NCBI GenBank assembly: GCA_039714415.1
Contig: JBDLJL010000002.1
Coordinates: 14,269 to 78,268, forward strand
Direction of reading: 5' to 3'
Length of the DNA stretch: 64,000 nucleotides
Origin: Bacteroidota bacterium
GTDB lineage: Bacteria; Bacteroidota; Bacteroidia; Bacteroidales; NBLH01
Shown: positions 26,514-35,262 of the stretch, piece after piece
Layout of the letters: every line of letters begins with the position of its first letter
Numbering within the stretch: position 1 is the first letter of the stretch
Notes under the pieces: generated by a model
What the model was told of the DNA's origin: nothing
Database searches by the model: none
Seen by the model: the letters and a program-made list of their open reading frames with translations, nothing else
Position numbers and translations under genes: made by a program

Positions 26514-27373
26514 AAAATATAATATTCAGTATTGCATTTATGCTGTTTTTAATAAACAATATGGCTATTGCCCAAGATAAAAAAAAGGACAATAAGCCCA
26601 AAAAGGTAAGGTTAAAATTAGAATACCTAAAATTAGAAGATGGTACAAAAGTATTGAGTTCAGTCTTGTATTGGAAAGATGGTAAGGACATCAACCCGGT
26701 TATTGATCAGGAAGTATCCTTTATTGCAGAAGATGATTCATCAGAATTGAAATTGGGAACTATATTGTCTAATAAAGAAGGTAAAGCAATTTTACATATT
26801 GAAAAAGACTTTAAATTTCCTGAAAATAAAAATGGCTTTACTGTTTTTACTGCGAAAATGAAAAAAAGCGATAATTATAAAAGGGCTAAAAAGTCAGTTG
26901 AAATAAAAGATGCAGATCTTGATTTTTCTCTGGATATTATTGATTCTGTCAAATTTGTGCAAGTCAAAGTTACAACTTTAGATAGTGTTGGTCAAACCAT
27001 TCCTATAAAAAGCTCTGAGGTATACGTATATGTAAAAAGGCTATATAGTTTATATCCTGTAAAGAAAGGTTATACGAATGAAAATGGGCAATTCAAAGTT
27101 GAATTCCCTACTGATATGCCTGGAGACTCTGTTGGAAATTTAAGAATAATTGTAAAAGTTCTTGATAGTGATGAGTATGGCACTATAGAAAAAGCAAAGG
27201 AAGCCCGGTGGGGAACTATTGTGTCTTTCAATGATGAAGATACTCCAAGGGCATTATGGGGTGTTGAAGCCCCTCTATGGATGATAATAGCCATATTTGT
27301 TGTGCTTGCAGGTGCGTGGTTTAATTTTGGCCTGGCAATTTATAAAGTGAACAAAATGAGAAAAGCCAATTAA
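26504..27373 (+). CDS. Signal-peptide protein with beta-rich (Ig/CarboxypepD_reg-like?) body and a C-terminal TM anchor; function unknown
   Basis: The signal peptide ends at AQD. The C-terminal helix is PLWMIIAIFVVLAGAWFNFGLAIY. It sits between the NrfD-like gene and the monoheme cytochrome gene. Confidence 0.45.
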   Translation: MKIKNIIFSIAFMLFLINNMAIAQDKKKDNKPKKVRLKLEYLKLEDGTKVLSSVLYWKDGKDINPVIDQEVSFIAEDDSSELKLGTILSNKEGKAILHIEKDFKFPENKNGFTVFTAKMKKSDNYKRAKKSVEIKDADLDFSLDIIDSVKFVQVKVTTLDSVGQTIPIKSSEVYVYVKRLYSLYPVKKGYTNENGQFKVEFPTDMPGDSVGNLRIIVKVLDSDEYGTIEKAKEARWGTIVSFNDEDTPRALWGVEAPLWMIIAIFVVLAGAWFNFGLAIYKVNKMRKAN

Positions 27374-27485
27374 TAACCGGTTTTAAGTTAAAGCTTAATG
27401 GCCAGTTCTGAGTTGGTTTATCAAGCTTAAGTAAAATTGAACTATATTTTATTATTTTATTTATTAATTATTAAAAAGAATTGTT

Positions 27486-27905
27486 ATGAAAGTGTTAAAA
27501 AAAATGAAGTTTTTATTTATGAGTATCTTGTTTGCTGGTGGAGGTTTTATACTAATTTCTATGACAAATGATATTCAGGATGACTGGCCCGTACCGGCAG
27601 AATATAAGAACATGAAAAACCCGATGGCTGGTAAGGCTGATGCAAGTAATGTTGGTAAAACCCTGTATAAAGAACATTGCGAATCATGCCATGGTAAAGA
27701 AGGTTATGGTGATGGTAAAAAATCCGGTGAACTAGATACGGAAATGAGGGATATTACATCTGCAGAAGTTCAAGGTCAAACAGATGGTGAATTATACTAC
27801 AAAAGCTTTATTGGTAGAGACGAAATGCCAAATTATGAAAAGAAAATACCTTCCAAAGATGACCGATGGAGAGTCGTTAACTATTTGAGAACGATGAAGG
27901 AATAA
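27486..27905 (+). CDS. Membrane-anchored monoheme class I cytochrome c
   Basis: It has a single CESCH, a downstream methionine region (GRDEMPNY) and an N-terminal TM helix. Confidence 0.8.
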   Translation: MKVLKKMKFLFMSILFAGGGFILISMTNDIQDDWPVPAEYKNMKNPMAGKADASNVGKTLYKEHCESCHGKEGYGDGKKSGELDTEMRDITSAEVQGQTDGELYYKSFIGRDEMPNYEKKIPSKDDRWRVVNYLRTMKE

Positions 27906-27930
27906 TTTTTTTCGAACTTATAGTAATTAG

Positions 27931-27960
27931 AAAAGGGGAATAAGTAGCCCCTTTTTCTAA
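27931..27960 (+). terminator. Intrinsic terminator after the monoheme cytochrome gene
   Basis: AAAAGGGG-aataagtag-CCCCTTTT followed by TCT. Confidence 0.6.
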
Positions 27961-28073
27961 TTATTAGGGATTTGTTTTATGCAGATATGGGATTAATCAC
28001 TTTCAAAGCGTTGAAAATAAGTTTAACTCTTTTAACCTGCATAATAAAGCAGGTTAAAAAACAAAATTGATTA

Positions 28074-28469
28074 ATGGCAAAAATAACAATGGCAATTCAG
28101 TTTGACAGATTAGATGATGTTATTCATAAGAATGACAGATCTCAATTTGATGTAACAAATCAAAATAACCATCAAACTGGAGTAAAAAGAATATCAAAAG
28201 AAGACGAATCTAAAATTTCTGAAATCAATAAAATAATAATTGAGATTGAAGAAAAATTTGAAGTTAAATGTGATAAATATTATTTGGGTAACAATATAAT
28301 AGAAAGTTTTTTTGATGTTTATTATGCTAGTTCTGGAGAATCTGGAAGCTCTGAGATAAAATTAAAAGAAATATATAGTTTCCTTTCTTTTTTAAGAAAT
28401 AAATACCTTAAAGTTAATATCCAGTGGTGTGTCTTAGATCCTAGTAATAATAGTGATGATTTTGTTTAA
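28074..28469 (+). CDS. Hypothetical protein, the last gene inside the island
   Basis: 131-aa ORF with no recognisable motif, preceded by an 11-bp-stem hairpin at 28030-28059. Confidence 0.35.
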   Translation: MAKITMAIQFDRLDDVIHKNDRSQFDVTNQNNHQTGVKRISKEDESKISEINKIIIEIEEKFEVKCDKYYLGNNIIESFFDVYYASSGESGSSEIKLKEIYSFLSFLRNKYLKVNIQWCVLDPSNNSDDFV

Positions 28470-28479
28470 GAAAATTGCG

Positions 28480-28650
28480 TAAAGATTTTTTTAAATCTAA
28501 ACGCTAAAATTAGTCCAGGAATATTTTATCCGTCATTTTAGGGATAACATTTAATTCAGTAGCTGTCCTATAAAGTTCCCGGATGGCTTTTTTCCCATTT
28601 TCACCCAAATCCAATGAATACTCATTTACATACAGTTCAATATGTTTGAA
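28480..28650. repeat. Right copy of the direct repeat (relic of the last 9 tadA codons plus the true 3' end of mqnD)
   Basis: cgt AAAGATTTTTTTAAATCTAAACGCTAA reproduces the tadA tail (KDFFKSKR-stop). The remainder is the 3' end of the intact mqnD. Confidence 0.8.
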
Positions 28651-29340
28651 CATTATATCCTCATCCATTTCCTGGGCATATTGTTTAATAAAAGGTAAAC
28701 CGGCAGTGGGGTTTTCATAAGCATATTCAAGGCTTTTTCTTAGCACACGGTTTACTTTTTGCTGTACCTCAAGTGACAATTTCCTGTTTATAACAATTCC
28801 ACCTAATGGAATAGGCAATTTTGTTTTAGTTTCCCAAAACTCACCAAGGTCAATTATTTTTTTCAAGCCTTTTTGCGCATAAGTAAAGCGGTTTTCGTGA
28901 ATAATTAATCCTGCATCCACTTCGTTTGATAAAACAGCCTCTTCAATATCTGAAAACAAGTATTCTTTTTTATTTTTAGCATCGGGATAAGCAATGCTCA
29001 ACAATAAATTTGCAGTTGTATATTTACCAGGTATTGCAATAGAAATATCTTTTATTTCATCCGGATAAATTTTGTTTTTACTTAATAAAAGAGGGCCATT
29101 GTTATTTCCTAATGCACTACCCGAATCAAGTAAGACATAATTATCAGAGATATATGCATAAGCATGATAACTAAGTTTGGTTATATCAATCTCATGATCA
29201 AAGGCAGCTTTGTTAAGCTCCTCTACATCTGCAAGTACCAATTCAAATTCAAGCCCTTCTGTATCAATACGGTGATGCACCATGGCATCAAAAATAAAGG
29301 TGTCGTTAGGGCAGGTTGAAAATCCGAGTTTTAGTTTCAT
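28510..29340 (-). CDS. mqnD: 1,4-dihydroxy-6-naphthoate synthase (futalosine pathway); start taken at MKLKLGFSTCPNDTF
   Basis: LGFSTCPNDTFIFDAMVH, DITKLSYHAY and SGSALG are typical of MqnD. Confidence 0.75.
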   Translation of the reverse strand: MKLKLGFSTCPNDTFIFDAMVHHRIDTEGLEFELVLADVEELNKAAFDHEIDITKLSYHAYAYISDNYVLLDSGSALGNNNGPLLLSKNKIYPDEIKDISIAIPGKYTTANLLLSIAYPDAKNKKEYLFSDIEEAVLSNEVDAGLIIHENRFTYAQKGLKKIIDLGEFWETKTKLPIPLGGIVINRKLSLEVQQKVNRVLRKSLEYAYENPTAGLPFIKQYAQEMDEDIMFKHIELYVNEYSLDLGENGKKAIRELYRTATELNVIPKMTDKIFLD

Positions 29341-29548
29341 ACTTCTGTTTTTTAATTTTAATGTGTTGTCTGCAAAGCCAGGGTGTGGCTCATTATCAAA
29401 CAGTTTGTCATAACAAATATTGCTCACTTTAAATTGAAAAGCCACGCCCTGGCTATAAGATGTTTAATTCCTCTTTTTTGCGTTTTAAATCTTAAAGGGA
29501 TTCTTATGTATATCTATGCTATCAGTTTATTAAGGCCACCTCTAAAAA

Positions 29549-30226
29549 TTAATTTATACTTTTTAAAAGCTCTTTACAATAATTATTTAATTTATTTATC
29601 GCCAGTGGTATATCCCAATTATCCTTATTTCGTTCCTCAACATAATTTGAAATAGATCGAATTTGAACAAAAGGCACATTTTCCATAAGGCAAACATAAA
29701 ATACTGCAGCCCCTTCCATGTTTTCAATATCTGCATCAAACTTTTTCTTTAATTTTTCAATTTCTTTTTTGTTACCATTTACTGTATTTACAGTTATTCC
29801 ATTAACTTGTTTTAACTCAATTGACAATATGTTCTTATAACCTGAGTTTTTTAACTTTCCATCCTTAAAGGGGAATTTGTCTGGTTTCATGAAACCAGAA
29901 TCAAAAAGCGTGGAAAATGAATCCTTTGAACGTACGCCAAGATCAGCAAACTCTTCAGTTTCAATTTGTACTACTTCGCCAATATTTAATTGGTCAGTAA
30001 GACTGCCGGCAATTCCTGTATTAAGAACTAAATCATATTTTTTTTTATTTAATGAATTGGTTAAAGAGTAGATAGTGAATGCTATACCTATTCCTGATAT
30101 CAATATGTCAATTGAATTTTCCTTTATTTTTTTACTGTAAAATTTTTCATCAATTTGGGTAAATTGAAATTCATCAATTATTTTCTCAATTTCAAAGATT
30201 GTGGCTGATATGATTAAAATTTGCAT
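29549..30226 (-). CDS. mqnB: Futalosine hydrolase (PNP/UDP-type nucleosidase); start taken at MQILIISAT
   Basis: MQILIISATIFE, SGIGIAFT, NTGIAGS and NMEGAAV are present, and it is adjacent to mqnD. Confidence 0.65.
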   Translation of the reverse strand: MQILIISATIFEIEKIIDEFQFTQIDEKFYSKKIKENSIDILISGIGIAFTIYSLTNSLNKKKYDLVLNTGIAGSLTDQLNIGEVVQIETEEFADLGVRSKDSFSTLFDSGFMKPDKFPFKDGKLKNSGYKNILSIELKQVNGITVNTVNGNKKEIEKLKKKFDADIENMEGAAVFYVCLMENVPFVQIRSISNYVEERNKDNWDIPLAINKLNNYCKELLKSIN

Positions 30227-30281
30227 ATTATTTTTACAGTTTAGATAAATTGCCAATATTTGTACTTTAAAACAAAGATAA

Positions 30282-30917
30282 ATGGAAATTATTAATAACG
30301 GACAAGGTGATCATAACAGTTTTGGATATTCCAGGATTGACCGGTTTGATGATAAAACAACTGAAAAGTTATCACATCATTATGAAGAAATTTTAAAATT
30401 AATTGGGGAAGACCATGAGCGTGAAGGGTTGGTAAAAACACCATTACGTGTTGCAAAAGCAATGCAGTTTTTGGTACAGGGTTATAATCAGGATCCTGAG
30501 GGTATCATCAAAAGTGCGATATTTCAGGAAGAGTACCGGGAAATGGTTATTGTAAAGGATATTGAGTTATATTCAATGTGCGAACATCATATGTTGCCAT
30601 TTTTTGGGAAGGCGCATGTTGCCTATATTCCGGATGGCTATGTTACAGGTTTAAGTAAAATCGCCAGGGTTGTTGAAGCTTTTGCACGCAGGTTACAACT
30701 ACAGGAACGATTGACATGGCAAATAAGGGATTGTATTGAAAAAACATTGAACCCACTTGGTGTAGCAGTTGTTATTGAAGCGCAACACATGTGCATGCAA
30801 ATGCGTGGTGTTCAGAAACAAAATTCGGTAACTACTACTTCAGCATTTACGGGTGCTTTTTTAAGGAAAGCAACACGTGAAGAGTTTATTCATTTGATTG
30901 GAGCGAAGCTGCATTAG
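30282..30917 (+). CDS. folE: GTP cyclohydrolase I
   Basis: Contains [19 protein letters not shown] and QERLT. Confidence 0.9.
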   Translation: MEIINNGQGDHNSFGYSRIDRFDDKTTEKLSHHYEEILKLIGEDHEREGLVKTPLRVAKAMQFLVQGYNQDPEGIIKSAIFQEEYREMVIVKDIELYSMCEHHMLPFFGKAHVAYIPDGYVTGLSKIARVVEAFARRLQLQERLTWQIRDCIEKTLNPLGVAVVIEAQHMCMQMRGVQKQNSVTTTSAFTGAFLRKATREEFIHLIGAKLH

Positions 30918-30923
30918 AAATAG

Positions 30924-30995
30924 GTCATTGGTATATTGGTCACTGGTCACTGGTCACTGGTCACTGGTCATTAGGTCATTCGCTTCGCTGTCATT
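30924..30995. repeat. Heptamer tandem array (CACTGGT x4 perfect at 30941-30968, degenerate units on both sides)
   Basis: Read directly: ggtcattggtatattggt cactggt cactggt cactggt cactggt cattaggtcatt... Confidence 0.9.
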
Positions 30996-31183
30996 AATTG
31001 TCATTTTATATCGTATTTGGCTTGGCTGAAATGTAGTATTTCTGATTGTCATTATGTAGTCATTTGCTTTGCTGTGATTTATCGTGCTACTAGTAGCTTA
31101 ATGGTGAATGACATAGCGGACTGTTTATTCAAAGTGTAATAGATCAATTTTATCAAAGAGCTTAAATGTAATTTGTAAAGATT

Positions 31184-32293
31184 ATGATTAAAACTAAAAA
31201 ATCCGGTGCAAAATATTCTGCTATTGTTGCTATAAGTGAGAACCTGAAGAAGCAAAAAGCAGAGGGTAAAGATATTCTTTTCCTGAACAGGGGAATTAAT
31301 GCAGTTGTGAATATAGATTTGAGTGAGATTATACCGATGATTGACTTTAACTCAGCTGATATTCAGGTGTATCCACCAAACAAAGGGCGTTTAGAACTTA
31401 GGGAAGCAATTAATAAGGCATTTTTTCATAATTCTACTGATGTTGAAAATATTTTTATGACAAATGGTGGGATAAGTGCCCTTGATTTGATTTTTAAAAC
31501 ATTGGAAGTTGAAAAGGTATGGTTACCTTTATTTTACTGGGGTGCATACAAAAATGTATTAAAAATTAACAATATTGGTTTTGATTTTTATGAAAACCTT
31601 GAATTTATTGAAAATAATATTGAACAATTTAAAGACAGTGCTGTCATTTTTTGTGACCCTAATAACCCATTAGGAAATAAATTAAATGATAAAGAGCTTC
31701 TTAATCTTGTTGAAAAATTACAAAAAGCTGATGTTGTAGCAATTTGGGATAGTCCTTATCGTAAATTGTTTTATAATTGGGAAGATGATGATTTCTATAA
31801 CAAACTTACTAAGTTCGACAATGTAATTATCTCTGAAAGTTTCAGTAAATCAGTCGGTTTAAGTGGGCAACGACTTGGTTTTATACATTGCAGCAATAAA
31901 GAATTTAATGAAGAGTTAAATATTAAGCTGTTATTTGCTACTAATGGGATTAATGCCTTTTCGCAAGTATTGGTAGAAAAGCTTTTAACAACTGAAAAAG
32001 GAAAATTAGCGGTAATGAATTTTAAAAGAAAAACGACCACTGATATAAAGAAAAATATTCAATATTTAATTGACAATAAGTTTTTGGCTACTGAGTTTTA
32101 CCAGGATACAAAGCCTATGGGGATTTTTGTTATTGCCAATAAAAGTTATGATGAACTGCTGGAAAATGGTATTGGTAGTGTTCCGTTAAATTATTTTACC
32201 ATACTTCCGGATGAAATTGCAAATAAATATGCCCGGATTTGTGTTTCGGTGCCACATGTGGAATTTGTTAATTTTTTTCAAAATTTAGAGTAG
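31184..32293 (+). CDS. Class I/II PLP-dependent aminotransferase
   Basis: Contains the SFSKSVGLSGQRLGF lysine motif and the NPLGN motif. Confidence 0.7.
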   Translation: MIKTKKSGAKYSAIVAISENLKKQKAEGKDILFLNRGINAVVNIDLSEIIPMIDFNSADIQVYPPNKGRLELREAINKAFFHNSTDVENIFMTNGGISALDLIFKTLEVEKVWLPLFYWGAYKNVLKINNIGFDFYENLEFIENNIEQFKDSAVIFCDPNNPLGNKLNDKELLNLVEKLQKADVVAIWDSPYRKLFYNWEDDDFYNKLTKFDNVIISESFSKSVGLSGQRLGFIHCSNKEFNEELNIKLLFATNGINAFSQVLVEKLLTTEKGKLAVMNFKRKTTTDIKKNIQYLIDNKFLATEFYQDTKPMGIFVIANKSYDELLENGIGSVPLNYFTILPDEIANKYARICVSVPHVEFVNFFQNLE

Positions 32294-32447
32294 AATTACT
32301 ATTTGATACACAAGAAATGAATCTTTTAACATTTATTAAGACTCGTTTAATGAATTTAACATAAACTGTATTTACATTTGTATCATCAAAAACAAACAAA
32401 AAGTTTTTTCATAACAAGTTTAGGTTAATTAATTAGGTTTAAAGTAC

Positions 32448-32476
32448 AGGGCGGAGTGGTTACCGCCCTTTTTTTA
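32448..32476 (+). terminator. Strong intrinsic terminator 155 nt downstream of the aminotransferase stop
   Basis: AGGGCGG-agtggtta-CCGCCCT followed by T7. Confidence 0.65.
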
Positions 32477-32789
32477 TGTCAAAAATTTGAACAAATAGAA
32501 TATTACCCAAATTGATCCATCCTCACTCACAGCCCGTCCCGCTTTTTTTGCGGGAATTGAGAAATATTAAGGTTTTCACTACACCCATTAGGTGAAAACC
32601 AACTATTTCTATATCGGGGTTATATCTAAGTAAAGTGCTATTTCGCTACACTCATACCGCTCAACTTAGATATTATTCAATTCACTAATTCCAATAATGT
32701 TGTACATTTAAATTAAACAAGTATATATTTTAATACTTCATTTTACTTTTTTTGTTATTTTTAAGCAGTCAGAATAATTCATAAAATTC

Positions 32790-33560
32790 ATGAAACATAT
32801 AGTTTTTTTAATTTTTTTGGTTTTTTTCGCTCAAATTTCTTTTTCACAGGAAATTGGCTCTTTTAAAGATCCTCGCGATGGCAACATTTATGGCATTGTA
32901 AGAATATCAGGCCAGGTATGGATGTCGGAAAATCTCAACTTTCAAATGCCAGGTGCTACATGTTATGGGTACAGTAAATCCAATGGCGATTCTTTAGGGC
33001 GATTATATACATGGGATGCTGCGGTTGAAGCATGCCCTGAGGGCTGGCATTTACCAACTGATGACGAATGGAAAATTATGGAGAAAAATTTAGGAATGAA
33101 TGAGATATTGCTTGATAGAAGTTCTTTTAGAAATGCCCCGAAAATGTATAATGCTGCAATAACAAATGGAAGCTCAGGATTAAATTTAGAAAAGTCAGGT
33201 TGGAGGGGGGCAAATGGTAAATTTTATCATTTAAATAAGCGAGGGGTTTATTGGACAGCATCAATAAATAGGCAAAATGAGGGATGGTTTAGGTTTATTG
33301 ATGAGCATAAAGCCGTTTATAGAAGATATGAACGAAAGAATTTTAGTTATTCTGTGCGCTGCATAAGTAATTCTAACCATGAGCAAACATTTACTAATAA
33401 TGATAAAGAAATAAATGATAATGATACAGAATTACTCGATAATGGGAAATATGCCTTGAATAGTATCGCAGAACTTGAAGAGCTATTAAAAAAGGCTATA
33501 AGAGAAGAGGAATACTTTGAGGCTGCGATAATTAAAAAAGAAATAGACAATAGAAATTAA
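32790..33560 (+). CDS. Fibrobacter succinogenes major paralogous (FISUMP) domain protein with a C-terminal UVR-like helix
   Basis: GQVWMSENLN, GRLYTWDAA and CPEGWHLPTDDEW are present. The C-terminal segment is EEEYFEAAIIKKEID. Confidence 0.65.
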   Translation: MKHIVFLIFLVFFAQISFSQEIGSFKDPRDGNIYGIVRISGQVWMSENLNFQMPGATCYGYSKSNGDSLGRLYTWDAAVEACPEGWHLPTDDEWKIMEKNLGMNEILLDRSSFRNAPKMYNAAITNGSSGLNLEKSGWRGANGKFYHLNKRGVYWTASINRQNEGWFRFIDEHKAVYRRYERKNFSYSVRCISNSNHEQTFTNNDKEINDNDTELLDNGKYALNSIAELEELLKKAIREEEYFEAAIIKKEIDNRN

Positions 33561-33572
33561 TAAAAAGTTTAA

Positions 33573-34961
33573 CTATACTGCTTCACCCATTAAAGTTGCT
33601 GATGTACAATTAACAACTTTTACATCAACATAGTCCCCAATCTTTTGATTTGTACGGTCGAAAACAATTACTTTATTTTGCGAATTTCTGCCAAATAAGC
33701 GTTTATCTGATTTTTTTGAAACCCCTTCAACTAAAACTTCAAATGTCTTTCCTACATCTTTTTGATTGCTTTTTAACGATAAACTGTTTTGTAGCTGGAT
33801 AATTTCTTCCAAACGTCGCCCTTTTACATCTTCAGTAAGGTCGTCGGTTAACTTCCTGGCGGCATAAGTGTTTGGTCTTTCAGAGTATTTAAACATGTAA
33901 GAATAATCAAAACCAGTCCATTCCATAATTGATAGGGTTTCTTTGTGTTCTTCTTCAGTTTCGGAACAAAAACCGGTAATAAAATCTGATGAAATGGCAC
34001 AAGCTGGAATAATTCTTTTAATTGCTTCTATTCTGCCCATGTACCATTCCCTGGTATAACCACGTTTCATTAAGTCCAATATTCTTGTACTACCTGATTG
34101 AACCGGTAAATGAATATATTTGCAAATGTTATCGTATTTTGCAATTGTATGCAATACCTCGTCAGTCATATCTTGTGGATATGATGTAGAAAAACGTACA
34201 CGTAACTTGGGGGCAAGTTTTGCTGTCATTTCCAAAAGTTGAGCAAAATTAACCTCACCATCTTTCCAATTATATTTATCCACATTTTGTCCAAGAAGGG
34301 TTACCTCTTTATAACCTTTTTGTATTAATTCCTTCACTTCATTTAAAATAGTTTCCGGATCACGGCTTCTTTCCCTGCCCCTGGTAAAAGGTACCACACA
34401 ATAGGTACACATATTATCACAACCACGCATAATTGAAACAAATGCAGAAACACCATTTTTATCTAAACGTACAGGACTAATTTCAGCATAGGTTTCTTCC
34501 CGTGATAGAAGAACATTGATTGCTTGCTGACCACCTTCTGCTTTTTGCACCAGGGCTGGTAAATCACGATAGGCATCCGGACCAACAACCAAATCAACCA
34601 GTTTTTCCTGTTCCAATAGCTTTTCTTTTAATCTTTCGGCCATACAACCTATAATTCCAATCAATAGGCCTTTATTTTTCTTTTTTAGATGTTTAAATTG
34701 CCCTAATCTGTTAAATACCCTTTTTTCTGCATTTTCCCTAATAGAACAAGTATTTATTAATATCAGATCCGCATTTTGATAATCTTCGGTGTAAGCAAAC
34801 CCGTTTTTATTGAGGATTGAAACTACTACCTCACTATCTGCCACATTCATCTGGCAACCATAGGTTTCGATATATACATTTGAGTGACCTAAAGCATATT
34901 TTCCTTTTAAATCTGCTTTAGGGTCATTTATCTTTTTTAAATCAACTGTTATCATAATCAA
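33573..34961 (-). CDS. miaB: tRNA (i6A37) methylthiotransferase
   Basis: IETYGCQMN, the radical-SAM motif [11 protein letters not shown] and a C-terminal TRAM domain are present. Confidence 0.9.
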   Translation of the reverse strand: MIMITVDLKKINDPKADLKGKYALGHSNVYIETYGCQMNVADSEVVVSILNKNGFAYTEDYQNADLILINTCSIRENAEKRVFNRLGQFKHLKKKNKGLLIGIIGCMAERLKEKLLEQEKLVDLVVGPDAYRDLPALVQKAEGGQQAINVLLSREETYAEISPVRLDKNGVSAFVSIMRGCDNMCTYCVVPFTRGRERSRDPETILNEVKELIQKGYKEVTLLGQNVDKYNWKDGEVNFAQLLEMTAKLAPKLRVRFSTSYPQDMTDEVLHTIAKYDNICKYIHLPVQSGSTRILDLMKRGYTREWYMGRIEAIKRIIPACAISSDFITGFCSETEEEHKETLSIMEWTGFDYSYMFKYSERPNTYAARKLTDDLTEDVKGRRLEEIIQLQNSLSLKSNQKDVGKTFEVLVEGVSKKSDKRLFGRNSQNKVIVFDRTNQKIGDYVDVKVVNCTSATLMGEAV

Positions 34962-35157
34962 ATATCATAGGAATTTCTGCAAAAGTAATTTATTATCTCA
35001 CAAAATAAAAGACAAGTTACTCTTTAATTTGCTAATGATAAAGAAATTTTGAAGAGCCTAAGGAAAATTAATAAAAATTTTGCAATTTTGTAACTCTATC
35101 AAGTTTTTAAGAAATAACAAGAAAGTTATAGACTAATTTTTAATATCTGGTATTTCA

Positions 35158-35185
35158 TAATTACTAATTACCAGTGACTAATTAC
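35158..35185. repeat. Heptamer array TAATTAC TAATTAC CAGTGAC TAATTAC
   Basis: Read directly. It belongs to the same word family as 30924-30995 on the opposite strand. Confidence 0.8.
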
Positions 35186-35262
35186 CTGATTTTTAAAGGT
35201 AAAATAAGTTCAAACGGGTAGCATAGCAAATTAAAAGGAAATACTTTAAAAATACAAGAAAC

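Noticed and set aside
6263-28479. Calling the island an ICE, prophage or transposon
   Set aside because: No integrase, recombinase, transposase, conjugation or phage gene is visible. Only the flanking direct repeats indicate insertion, so no mobile_element feature is claimed.
30924-30995. Tandem repeats as a CRISPR array
   Set aside because: The period is 7 bp with no spacers, and there are no cas genes in the window.
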